DNA from: an uncultured Gammaproteobacteria bacterium
GTDB lineage: Bacteria > Pseudomonadota > Gammaproteobacteria > Poriferisulfidales > GCA-002705445
Direction of reading: 5' to 3'
Length of the DNA: 64,000 bases
NCBI GenBank assembly: GCA_913065025.1
Contig: CAJYAP010000002.1
Span: forward strand, 20,022-84,021
Position numbers and translations under genes: made by a program. A model generated the notes under the pieces. That model ran no database searches and was not told where the DNA came from. It saw only the letters and a program-made list of their open reading frames with translations. The first letter of the stretch is position 1. Each line of letters begins with the position of its first letter. Below are positions 17,517 to 25,931 of this stretch, in pieces.

Positions 17517-18788
17517 TTAATCTTTAATCGCTTTTTTTTCAGGGGCGTTCTGGTCATAAATTAAATAAGGTTGTGTTTCACCATTTATAACGGCCTCATC
17601 TACTACAACCTTTGATACATTGGGGATTGATGGAAGATCATACATAGTATCTAGTAAAACATTCTCTAAAATTGTTCTAAGACCTCTAGCTCCTGTCTTT
17701 CTCTCTTTAGCTTTTTTTGCTATAGCTAATAAAGCATTATCTCTAAATTCTATTTCTGCGTTTTCCATTTTAAATAACTTGCTATATTGTTTAGTAATAG
17801 CGTTTTTTGGCTCTAACAAAATTTTAATTAAAGCATTTTCATCTAACTCATCTAAAGTTGCAATCATAGGAAGTCTTCCTACAAATTCTGGTATCAAACC
17901 ATAAGATATCAAGTCTTCCGGCTCTACCTGATGAAGAACTTTTAATGAGTCTGATTTATCTTTTGCATGAACCTCAGCTGCAAAGCCGATACCACTTTTT
18001 TCTGTTCTATCCTTTATTACTTTATCTAGTCCAGCGAATGCTCCACCAACGATAAATAAAATATTTTTTGTATCAACTTGAACAAATTCTTGTTGAGGGT
18101 GCTTTCTCCCACCCTGTGGAGGAACTGATGCAGTAGTTCCCTCAATAAGTTTTAGAAGTGCTTGCTGAACACCTTCTCCAGATACATCTCTTGTTATTGA
18201 TGGATTATCAGCTTTTCGTGATATTTTATCAATTTCATCAATGTATATAATTCCATTTTGAGCTTTTTCAACATCATAGTCACATTTTTGTAAAAGTTTT
18301 TGAATAATATTTTCAACATCCTCCCCTACATATCCGGCTTCTGTTAATGTCGTTGCGTCCGCAATAGTAAAAGGAACATTAAGAAGTTTTGCTAAAGTTT
18401 CGGCGAGCAATGTTTTTCCACATCCAGTTGGCCCAACTAATAATATATTACTCTTAGATAGCTCTACACCATCGTCTTTAGAAAATTGTGATTCTAATCT
18501 TTTATAATGATTATAGACTGCTACAGATAGAACTTTTTTTGCTCTTGATTGGTCAATAACATATTCATCTAAGGATGCGTTAATCTCATGAGGTTTTGGT
18601 AATTTTTTATCTTCACTTGGTTCTTGATCAAGTAACTCTTCTCTTATTATATCGTTGCAAAGCTCTACACACTCATCACATACAAAAACTGATGGACCTG
18701 CAATTAATTTTTTAACATCTTGCTGACTTTTACCGCAAAACGAACAATATAATAATTTATCATCTACACTTTTATCATCGTCGCTCAT
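17517..18788 (-). CDS. clpX: ATP-dependent Clp protease ATP-binding subunit ClpX
   Basis: Zinc finger CSFCGK...CDEC and Walker A GPTGCGKT. Start set to ATG 18788 (MSDDDKS), preceded by GGGAAGG SD; the ORF-track start at 18803 is a TTG. Confidence 0.96.
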   Translation of the reverse strand: MSDDDKSVDDKLLYCSFCGKSQQDVKKLIAGPSVFVCDECVELCNDIIREELLDQEPSEDKKLPKPHEINASLDEYVIDQSRAKKVLSVAVYNHYKRLESQFSKDDGVELSKSNILLVGPTGCGKTLLAETLAKLLNVPFTIADATTLTEAGYVGEDVENIIQKLLQKCDYDVEKAQNGIIYIDEIDKISRKADNPSITRDVSGEGVQQALLKLIEGTTASVPPQGGRKHPQQEFVQVDTKNILFIVGGAFAGLDKVIKDRTEKSGIGFAAEVHAKDKSDSLKVLHQVEPEDLISYGLIPEFVGRLPMIATLDELDENALIKILLEPKNAITKQYSKLFKMENAEIEFRDNALLAIAKKAKERKTGARGLRTILENVLLDTMYDLPSIPNVSKVVVDEAVINGETQPYLIYDQNAPEKKAIKD

Positions 18789-18816
18789 AAAAAACCTTCC
18801 CAACTATTTTTAAAAA

Positions 18817-19440
18817 TTATTTAATTTCTTTTCTAGATTCAAGAACACTGTCTATAATTCCATAATCCATTGCTTCTTTAGCATTCATAAAATTATCCCT
18901 ATCTGTATCTGCTGATATTTTATTAATATCATTTCCTGTATGCTTAGACAAGATAGAATTTAAATTTTCTCTAACTTTTTGTATTTCCTGAGCATGTATT
19001 TGTATATCGGTTGACTGTCCTTGAAAACCTCCCAACGGCTGATGTATCATTACTCTAGAATTTGGAAGCGCAAATCTCTTATTTTTTGTTCCACCTGCTA
19101 ATAATACAGCACCCATGCTTGCTGCCTGACCTATACATAATGTGCTTATGTTAGGCTTACAAAATTGCATTGTATCATATATTGCCATACCAGATGTTAC
19201 AGAACCGCCTGGTGAATTGATATAAAGGGATATATCCTTATTTGGATCTTCAGATTCTAAAAATAGAATTTGGGCTATAATTACATTGGCCATATAGTCT
19301 TCAATAGGTCCAACTATGAAAATAATTCTTTCTTTTAAGAGTCTAGAGTATATATCATAAGCTCTTTCTCCTCGGGATGATTGCTCTACAACCATCGGCA
19401 CAAGATTCAAATTATTTATGTTATTTTTATTGTTAATCAT
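18817..19440 (-). CDS. clpP: ATP-dependent Clp protease proteolytic subunit ClpP
   Basis: [11 protein letters not shown] (active-site Ser), MIHQPLGG (His) and a DRDNF-type Asp region. Confidence 0.97.
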   Translation of the reverse strand: MINNKNNINNLNLVPMVVEQSSRGERAYDIYSRLLKERIIFIVGPIEDYMANVIIAQILFLESEDPNKDISLYINSPGGSVTSGMAIYDTMQFCKPNISTLCIGQAASMGAVLLAGGTKNKRFALPNSRVMIHQPLGGFQGQSTDIQIHAQEIQKVRENLNSILSKHTGNDINKISADTDRDNFMNAKEAMDYGIIDSVLESRKEIK

Positions 19441-19474
19441 TATCGTCCTATATTATCAAATATTTTTATTTAGT

Positions 19475-20764
19475 CTATCTAAGTTCTACTAAGTCATCAA
19501 ATGAATAATCTTTTTCAGTAACTTTTGCATTACTAACTACCCATTTAATTGCTAAATTTTCCAAAATAACTGACTCCATATTTCTTTTTGCCTCTTCATT
19601 ATTTAAATAATAATTTTCAATTTCTGCTCTATTTCCTTGCCCTCTTGAAATTGTATCTATCCAGCTATCTATATCCTCTTTAGATAAAGTAAATTTCTCG
19701 GTATTAATAATTTCTCTTAAAAGTAAACCAGCTCTAACTCTTTCAGACGCATCCTTTGAATATAGTTTTTTCATATCTTCATCGCTTATCTTTACGTCGC
19801 CATTTGGATTATTTTCTTTATCCATTCTTAGTATTTCTTCATCAACCATAATTCTTGGCACTTCAAATTTTTGCGATTTACTTAATTCAGAGATAACATT
19901 TTTTTTCAAAAAAGAATCTACTAAAGTCTCAGCATCTTTCTTCATTCCTTCTTCGATTTTAGAATGAAGTGTCTCAATTTTTCCATCTTCGACTCCTAAT
20001 TTTTTAACAAACTCTTCGTTTATTTCAGAAATATGTGATTCTTGCACTTCTTTTATTTTTATTATGAAATCAACTGGCTGCGAAGCTAATTTTTTATCTT
20101 GATAATCCTCTGGAAAAGTAATATTTAATGTTTTTTCCTCTCCTGCTTTAACTCCTTCAAGCCCGTCTTCAAAGCCGGGTATAAGCTGCTTACTTCCAAT
20201 TTCTATTAAAAAATCATTAGCTTTATTATTCTCAAAAGCCTCTCCATTAATTGTTCCTTCAAAATCTGCCTTGACTCTGTCGCCGGTTTTTGATTTTCTA
20301 TCTACTAAGCTCCATTCTTTATACTGTTCAGCTATTTTATCTACAGATTTTTCTAAATCTTCTTTTTTTACTTTTAAAATTGGTTTTTCTAATATAATTT
20401 TATCGATATTTTTTAGCTCAATTTCTGGTATGACTTCTATCAATGCCTTAAATGTGTAAGTATTCTTATCTTTAGTTTCTTGCATAGATATTTCAGGTGC
20501 CGCCACTGGATTCAGCTTCTCATCTAATACTACTTTTATGTAGTTTTTCTCAATATGTTCACTTAATGACTCATTGAAACATTGATCATAATATTTACTT
20601 TTTACTACATTCATTGGAACCTTTCCCTTCCTAAAACCTTTTAAATCTAGTGTTTTACTAAGTTTTGTTAACTTTGAATCTATTGTTGGCTCAATTTCTT
20701 TTGAATTAAAACTTATAGTTAATTCTTTCTCTAAACCTTTTAAATTTTTTACTTTTGACGCCAT
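19475..20764 (-). CDS. tig: Trigger factor
   Basis: 429 aa. N-terminal GFRKGKVP ribosome-binding signature and an FKBP-like middle domain. Lies upstream of clpP-clpX-lon. Confidence 0.95.
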   Translation of the reverse strand: MASKVKNLKGLEKELTISFNSKEIEPTIDSKLTKLSKTLDLKGFRKGKVPMNVVKSKYYDQCFNESLSEHIEKNYIKVVLDEKLNPVAAPEISMQETKDKNTYTFKALIEVIPEIELKNIDKIILEKPILKVKKEDLEKSVDKIAEQYKEWSLVDRKSKTGDRVKADFEGTINGEAFENNKANDFLIEIGSKQLIPGFEDGLEGVKAGEEKTLNITFPEDYQDKKLASQPVDFIIKIKEVQESHISEINEEFVKKLGVEDGKIETLHSKIEEGMKKDAETLVDSFLKKNVISELSKSQKFEVPRIMVDEEILRMDKENNPNGDVKISDEDMKKLYSKDASERVRAGLLLREIINTEKFTLSKEDIDSWIDTISRGQGNRAEIENYYLNNEEAKRNMESVILENLAIKWVVSNAKVTEKDYSFDDLVELR

Positions 20765-20787
20765 TTAATCTCCTGCTATTTAAAATG

Positions 20788-20872
20788 TGGTGGGCTAGGA
20801 GAGACTCGAACTCTCACGGGTTGCCCCACTGGTACCTAAAACCAGCGCGTATACCAATTCCGCCACTAGCCC
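20788..20872 (-). tRNA. tRNA-Leu (TAG), long variable arm
   Basis: Reverse complement GGGCTAGTGGCGGAATTGGTATACGCGCTGGTTTTAGGTACCAGTGGGGCAACCCGTGAGAGTTCGAGTCTCTCCTAGCCCACCA. Confidence 0.92.
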
Positions 20873-20944
20873 AATAAAAAAATGCATAATCTTTATGCAG
20901 TAAAAAATAACAATACCTTCGCCTTAATGTAATATAATAAAAAC

Positions 20945-21817
20945 ATGAAAAATATATTGTATTTTACATCTTATGTATTATTTTTTGCGGTATTGTCATC
21001 ATTGATTTTTTCTCTATTGTACATGCAATTTGATGAACAACCAATGCTAGCACTTAATAAATCAATTAAATACGGAGCTATGTTGTTATGCGGGTTATTT
21101 ATAGTACCCGCATTAAAAATACGAAATCTCTATGACAGGAAGATTTTAGGCTATTTAGAGCACAAAACACTATTTATATTTAATATTTGCAAGGGATTTT
21201 TAATTAGCCTAGTAATTATGGCGCCCTTGATATATCTCTTTAAATATTTCGATATACGAACCATTGATTACGAATTATTGGTATTTGATAAATATTTTAT
21301 TTATACAATTATATTTACATTATTTATAAGTTTTTTAATATCAATTATAGAAGAGTCATTTTTTAGAGGAATCATGATTCAAAAAAGTAATAATTTTATT
21401 ACAACTTTTTTCATAGTATTATCAGGAAGTCTAGCTTATTCATTATTTCATTTTATAAAAATTCCATTAATAATCAGCGAGACTATATATTGGAATACTG
21501 GATTAATAGAGTTGTTAGATGTATTTACAAATTTTTTTGAAACTATATCCTACGATTCAGCTTTAACTCTTTTGATGTTTGGTGTTTTGTTAGCTTTAGT
21601 TAGATTAAACTTAAATACAATATCATATTGTATAGGTTTGCATGCTGGTTTTGTATTTACAATTAAAATTTTCAAGCAAAGCTCTTCTGTTAATTTTGAT
21701 TCAAGCTTTTATCCATTATTGAGCTCTCATGATCATTTCTTAGGAAATCTTGCAACAACTTGGATTACTATCGTTCTATTAATATATTTAATATATTTAT
21801 ATAAAGAAAGACAGTAA
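20945..21817 (+). CDS. CPBP family (CAAX/Abi-type) intramembrane glutamic metalloprotease
   Basis: Polytopic 290-aa protein with IIEESFFRG (EExxxR), YSLFH ((F/Y)xxxH) and a later GLHAGF His motif. Confidence 0.75.
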   Translation: MKNILYFTSYVLFFAVLSSLIFSLLYMQFDEQPMLALNKSIKYGAMLLCGLFIVPALKIRNLYDRKILGYLEHKTLFIFNICKGFLISLVIMAPLIYLFKYFDIRTIDYELLVFDKYFIYTIIFTLFISFLISIIEESFFRGIMIQKSNNFITTFFIVLSGSLAYSLFHFIKIPLIISETIYWNTGLIELLDVFTNFFETISYDSALTLLMFGVLLALVRLNLNTISYCIGLHAGFVFTIKIFKQSSSVNFDSSFYPLLSSHDHFLGNLATTWITIVLLIYLIYLYKERQ

Positions 21818-21831
21818 CCCAAAATATTACT

Positions 21832-23226
21832 TTACATCATATATGATAATCCAAGATTACACTTGAAATCGGGATCCATTTGTGGTCCATCTACGTCTTC
21901 ATATATTGGAACACCGCATTGAATGCCGATTCTTGATTTTGAATTAGGTAGTTTGAAATTTAAACCAATATTTGATGATACTCTTAAATGCGAATGAAAA
22001 TATTCATTCCATGTTGGTGTCATATTATTTCTATTTGATGATTTTCCATTAATATTATCTTGATGTTCAACGTCTAAACCAAATGACAAACTTACTGTCT
22101 GTGAAACTGGTTTTGCTACCCAAGCTGACAATTCTCTTCTATCGCCATATCTCCAATCTTCACTGTTGTAGTCAAATCTTTTTGTTGCATTTAATTGAAA
22201 ACCATATGACCAATCGTCATGTATTTCCTGAAAACTATAACCTAATGTAAGATCATATGTTCCTGAGCCAAGCTGCATTGGATAAGGCAAAACTTTTCTC
22301 ATTCCCATCATATTATGATCTTTTTCATCATATTCACCTGTGGGAATTGATAAGGAAGCTTTTAAATTAGATTTTCCTGATAGTTTATATAGTCCTGCAA
22401 TGCTCAAATCACCCATTCCCCTGCTACTTGTTTTGTGTGTGTTTCCCACATTCATTCCTGACAATTTAACCATTTCCATTTCTTTTTCAATATAAGAAAT
22501 CATAGCCATCAAAGAAATCTTATTATTAACTGCGTACATTGCACTAAACATATGCATATCCATGGTCATATCAGTAGGAGCCATGCTAAACCCTAAATTT
22601 TTTATGAAATCATTACTAACTGAGCTTGTGCTATCTTTGCAACAGTCCATTTCCATGGTTCCATATTTATAACCAAACATGAGCTTTTTAGACATCATAT
22701 TTTTTCCGCCTTTTACCCCTGCTGGAAAAACATAATCTGGGCGCATCATATTTTTCATCATATGACCCATATCACCCATATCCATTTTCATTTTCATTTT
22801 CATTACAGTCATTTTCTTTACCGTAAAGACCGAAGAGAATACATCTCCACTTTTAGTAATAAAAGTAACATCAATTTCTTGATTTTCTTTGAAATCTTCA
22901 TCAGGCATCATAAACATTAAATGATAACTCATTGGCTTAAACTCAAATCTTGCATTTGCGCTAATTGTAACTGAATCTTGCTTTACCATTTTCATTACAT
23001 CACCATCTTTAACGGTATCGTGTATTTCCATAGAATCATATTTACTACTAGAAACTCCTACTATAGTAATATCCTTATCAGAATTATTTATAATAGTAAA
23101 ATAACCCGCTGCCATATTTACACCAGGTGGCATTAATCTAATTTTAGGACTTTCTATTGTCACGTCAATTGCATTTGCTGCATTTGCTGTAAAAATAAAA
23201 GCGATTATTAAAAGTAATTTTTTCAT
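21832..23226 (-). CDS. Secreted fusion protein: PCu(A)C copper chaperone domain + Met-rich linker + outer-membrane beta-barrel (MetA/phenol-degradation-type transporter family)
   Basis: Signal peptide MKKLLLIIAFIFTANAANA. Exact PCu(A)C motif: H69-X10-M80-X21-H102-X-M104. Linker MTVMKMKMKMDMGDMGHMMKNMM. C-terminal 300 aa show amphipathic strand periodicity and LSIPTGEYD...LGSGTYDLTLGYSF. Confidence 0.7.
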   Translation of the reverse strand: MKKLLLIIAFIFTANAANAIDVTIESPKIRLMPPGVNMAAGYFTIINNSDKDITIVGVSSSKYDSMEIHDTVKDGDVMKMVKQDSVTISANARFEFKPMSYHLMFMMPDEDFKENQEIDVTFITKSGDVFSSVFTVKKMTVMKMKMKMDMGDMGHMMKNMMRPDYVFPAGVKGGKNMMSKKLMFGYKYGTMEMDCCKDSTSSVSNDFIKNLGFSMAPTDMTMDMHMFSAMYAVNNKISLMAMISYIEKEMEMVKLSGMNVGNTHKTSSRGMGDLSIAGLYKLSGKSNLKASLSIPTGEYDEKDHNMMGMRKVLPYPMQLGSGTYDLTLGYSFQEIHDDWSYGFQLNATKRFDYNSEDWRYGDRRELSAWVAKPVSQTVSLSFGLDVEHQDNINGKSSNRNNMTPTWNEYFHSHLRVSSNIGLNFKLPNSKSRIGIQCGVPIYEDVDGPQMDPDFKCNLGLSYMM

Positions 23227-23250
23227 TTTTTTTGTACCCCTGTTTTATAT

Positions 23251-23269
23251 ATCACTGTTAAGCAGTGAT
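23251..23269. promoter_or_regulatory. Perfect 7-5-7 palindrome (ATCACTG ttaag CAGTGAT), candidate operator upstream of the PCu(A)C-barrel gene
   Basis: Located 25-43 nt upstream of the ATG at 23226. Not followed by a T-tract on either strand, so unlikely to be a terminator. Confidence 0.35.
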
Positions 23270-23361
23270 TGCTTTATATTAAGTTTGTGATTTATATAGC
23301 TAAATTTTCAATGATTAATATCATATTTTGATAGTAATCATTTTATAAATTAAATAAGAAT

Positions 23362-23727
23362 TTAGATTTTGACCAAACTAGGTGGTGCTCTTATCAAGAA
23401 GTGATTATTAAGATTATTCCCATGTATCGTATTTCTATTTATATCTGAAAAAGCAAAAAGGGTTTTTCTTTCAAATATGAAATTTTGTTTATTAAAAATG
23501 AAATTTGATTGAACATCCAGACAACAATGCATTATCTGAGAAACATCCTGAGTTTCATTATTAACACCTTGGTCGCTTACTGGAATTTTCTTTATGCCAT
23601 AAGACGTACACAAATTAATAAAACTATCTTCACTTCCTAAAATTGATTGAGCGAAAACGCTACTCAATTGTCCAAAAAGGATAGATGCTATTAAAAGCTT
23701 ATTCATTTTTTTGATTTTAAAATTCAT
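23362..23727 (-). CDS. Small secreted protein, DUF2946-like (HC-C motif, C-terminal RAPP)
   Basis: Signal peptide MNKLLIASILFGQLSSVFA-QS. The internal IMHCCLD and the C-terminal FLIRAPPSL resemble the DUF2946 family found in copper-uptake loci (recollection). Confidence 0.45.
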   Translation of the reverse strand: MNFKIKKMNKLLIASILFGQLSSVFAQSILGSEDSFINLCTSYGIKKIPVSDQGVNNETQDVSQIMHCCLDVQSNFIFNKQNFIFERKTLFAFSDINRNTIHGNNLNNHFLIRAPPSLVKI

Positions 23728-23758
23728 AAAGAAATTATATATAAAACTATACTTTTCA

Positions 23759-24154
23759 TCAATGTATTAGAAGCAAAAGTATTATTGAAAATATAATAAT
23801 AAGGAAATTAATAATTACTGACATCAAATGAAGAATTTTAAATCTTCTTTGATTATTCACGTCTCTTGATTTATTAATCAAAGGCATCAATAAATAATTA
23901 CTAAATATGAATAAGAATAATATTAGAATTGAAATATATAAAATATTTCCAGATTTTTCAGTATACAGCATTAAAATAGTTAAAATTAAGTACTGCAAGC
24001 CATTATATTTATAGTAAGTTGGAAATATAGATCTTACGAACTTTCCTGCTTCCTCATTTGAAAGAACAGTAAATATTTTTGGCGCTATTGCAATAGAAAA
24101 GAAAAGCATTGATCCTAATACTAAAGCAGGGATAATTTTTATTAGAAGTTCCAT
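23759..24154 (-). CDS. DUF4149 (TMEM205-like) 4-TM membrane protein
   Basis: 131 aa with four hydrophobic segments. The N-terminal IAIAPKIFTVLSNEEAGKFVRSIFPTYY resembles the DUF4149 signature. Confidence 0.5.
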   Translation of the reverse strand: MELLIKIIPALVLGSMLFFSIAIAPKIFTVLSNEEAGKFVRSIFPTYYKYNGLQYLILTILMLYTEKSGNILYISILILFLFIFSNYLLMPLINKSRDVNNQRRFKILHLMSVIINFLIIIFSIILLLLIH

Positions 24155-24240
24155 TTTATATACCTAGAATTATTATTTAAATTGAGCATAGTTTAATTTT
24201 ATTACTTATTTAACCTATTCAAAATCAAAATTATATTAAA

Positions 24241-24317
24241 TGGGGCGAGAGACGGGGATCGAACCCGCGACAACCGGTACCACAAACCAGCGCTCTACCA
24301 ACTGAGCTACTCCCGCC
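24241..24317 (-). tRNA. tRNA-His (GTG) with encoded G-1
   Basis: Reverse complement GGCGGGAGTAGCTCAGTTGGTAGAGCGCTGGTTTGTGGTACCGGTTGTCGCGGGTTCGATCCCCGTCTCTCGCCCCA. The extra 5' G pairs with C73. Confidence 0.93.
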
Positions 24318-24325
24318 ATAAAAGC

Positions 24326-24402
24326 TGGTGCGCCTGATAGGACTCGAACCTATTACCCTCGGATTAGAAATCCGATGCTCTATCCAGATGAGCTACAGGC
24401 GC
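24326..24402 (-). tRNA. tRNA-Arg (TCT)
   Basis: Reverse complement GCGCCTGTAGCTCATCTGGATAGAGCATCGGATTTCTAATCCGAGGGTAATAGGTTCGAGTCCTATCAGGCGCACCA. Confidence 0.93.
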
Positions 24403-24408
24403 ATCATA

Positions 24409-24485
24409 TGGTCGGGGTAGAGGGATTTGAACCCCCGACATCCTGCTCCCAAAGCAGGCGCGCTACCAGACTGCGCTATACCCCG
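24409..24485 (-). tRNA. tRNA-Pro (TGG)
   Basis: Reverse complement CGGGGTATAGCGCAGTCTGGTAGCGCGCCTGCTTTGGGAGCAGGATGTCGGGGGTTCAAATCCCTCTACCCCGACCA. Confidence 0.93.
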
Positions 24486-24616
24486 AAATATCTATATATT
24501 ATACGAGAAAAAAAAGAATAACTTCACTAATATATTAGTTAATCAACATGATATTTTTCTAGATGGATGGTATTCTAATCAAAAAAAACAGACATACAAG
24601 GACAATAGCGTTAAAT

Positions 24617-25192
24617 ATGAAAAATATTATCAAATACCTCTTTTTAACAACAATAATCTTTATAAATAATGGAGTGAATGCAGAAATGGCTAAAAACACA
24701 ATAATTACCATCAAAACAACATCAGGTAATATTAAACTAGAATTATTTGATGATAAGGCTCCAATAACATCTGAAAATTTTAAGCAATATATTAAGTCTG
24801 GTTATTTCACAAATAGTATATTTCATAGGGTCATCAAAGATTTTATGATTCAAGGTGGTGGTTTTACGCCTGAAATGCAAGAGAAAGAAACATTACCACC
24901 TATAACAAATGAGGCAAATAATATGATTAGTAATGAAAGAGGAACTATTGCTATGGCTAGAACAAATGATCCTCACTCTGCAAGCGCACAATTTTTTATA
25001 AACCTAAAAGACAATTTATTTTTAGATTTTAAAAGCGAAACAATACAAGGCTGGGGTTATTGTGTCTTTGGAAAAGTAATAGAAGGTATAGAAACTATAG
25101 ATAAGATTGCATTAGTAGATACAGGCAGCTATGGCCCACATCAAGATGTTCCTAATGACCCAATAATTATAAATGAGATAATTATTGAATAA
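24617..25192 (+). CDS. ppiA: Periplasmic cyclophilin-type peptidyl-prolyl cis-trans isomerase
   Basis: Start placed at ATG 24617 (MKNIIKYLFLTTIIFINNGVNA signal peptide). Cyclophilin core FHRVIKDFMIQGGGF...IAMARTNDPHSASAQFFIN. Confidence 0.9.
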   Translation: MKNIIKYLFLTTIIFINNGVNAEMAKNTIITIKTTSGNIKLELFDDKAPITSENFKQYIKSGYFTNSIFHRVIKDFMIQGGGFTPEMQEKETLPPITNEANNMISNERGTIAMARTNDPHSASAQFFINLKDNLFLDFKSETIQGWGYCVFGKVIEGIETIDKIALVDTGSYGPHQDVPNDPIIINEIIIE

Positions 25193-25198
25193 AAAAAA

Positions 25199-25918
25199 AT
25201 GAAAAATATTTATTTTATTTCAGATATTCATTTAGATTCTAACAGTTCAAAAATAACAGATAAGTTTATAAATTTTATAACTAATAAAAGTTCAGATATG
25301 AAAGAGCTTTATATTCTTGGAGATTTATTTGAATCGTGGATAGATGATAAATATGATATTTTTGAAAATGATTTAATAATATCAACATTACAAAATATTG
25401 CTAAAAATGGCACAAAAATATTCTTAATACACGGCAACAGAGATTTTCTAATTGGGAAAAAGTTTAGTAAAATAACAAATATCGAGATTCTTCCAGAAAA
25501 TTATATTCTAAGATTAAGTAATATTAAGATTTTAATTACTCATGGAGATCTTTTATGCACAGACGATATTGATTACCAGAGGTTTAGAAAGTTTATACGA
25601 AATAAAATTACTTTGACAATTTTCAATTTATTTGGAAATAATATTAAAGCGAAAATTGCTGATTTTTTAAGAGGTAAGAGTAAAAAAATCACATCTCAAA
25701 AACCAGAAAATATCATGGATGTAAACGAAGAAACTGTTTTAAATTTTTATAATAAGTTTAAAACTAATATTATAATACATGGGCATACACATAGAAAAAA
25801 TATTCATGAAACGGAAAATAATGGAAATAATTATACTAGATATGTTTTAGGCGACTGGCATAACGCACCTAGCTATATTATATATAAGAATAATAAATTA
25901 GAATTACTAGATATCTAG
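25199..25918 (+). CDS. lpxH: UDP-2,3-diacylglucosamine diphosphatase LpxH
   Basis: Metallophosphatase motifs ISDIHLD, GDLFE, GNRDF and HGHTH. Lies downstream of ppi, as in enterics. Confidence 0.9.
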   Translation: MKNIYFISDIHLDSNSSKITDKFINFITNKSSDMKELYILGDLFESWIDDKYDIFENDLIISTLQNIAKNGTKIFLIHGNRDFLIGKKFSKITNIEILPENYILRLSNIKILITHGDLLCTDDIDYQRFRKFIRNKITLTIFNLFGNNIKAKIADFLRGKSKKITSQKPENIMDVNEETVLNFYNKFKTNIIIHGHTHRKNIHETENNGNNYTRYVLGDWHNAPSYIIYKNNKLELLDI

Positions 25919-25931
25919 TTAAACTGATATA

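Noticed and set aside
20873-20899. 6-bp hairpin (TGCATA atctt TATGCA) flanked by an A/T run, a possible terminator
   Set aside because: The stem is short and AT-rich. On the minus strand it directly abuts the 5' end of tRNA-Leu with no upstream minus-strand gene to terminate, and on the plus strand it has no T-tract. It could be a tRNA leader processing structure, but the evidence is too weak to call.
22744-22812. Run of CAT/CATTTT triplet repeats that looks like a microsatellite
   Set aside because: It is in frame within the PCu(A)C-barrel ORF and encodes the Met-rich (MKMKMKMDMGDMGHMM) linker. I treat it as a coding feature, not as a non-coding repeat, although slippage-driven length variation is conceivable.
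20873-24240. tRNA-flanked islet as a recently acquired genomic island
   Set aside because: There is no integrase, no visible direct repeat of a tRNA 3' end and no compositional contrast with the flanks. I keep it as a possible variable locus (see findings) but not as a mobile element.
24427-24669. 80-aa plus-strand ORF from the supplied track
   Set aside because: It starts (TTG) inside the antisense of tRNA-Pro and runs through the AT-rich promoter region into ppiA. It has no SD and is explained by the tRNA.
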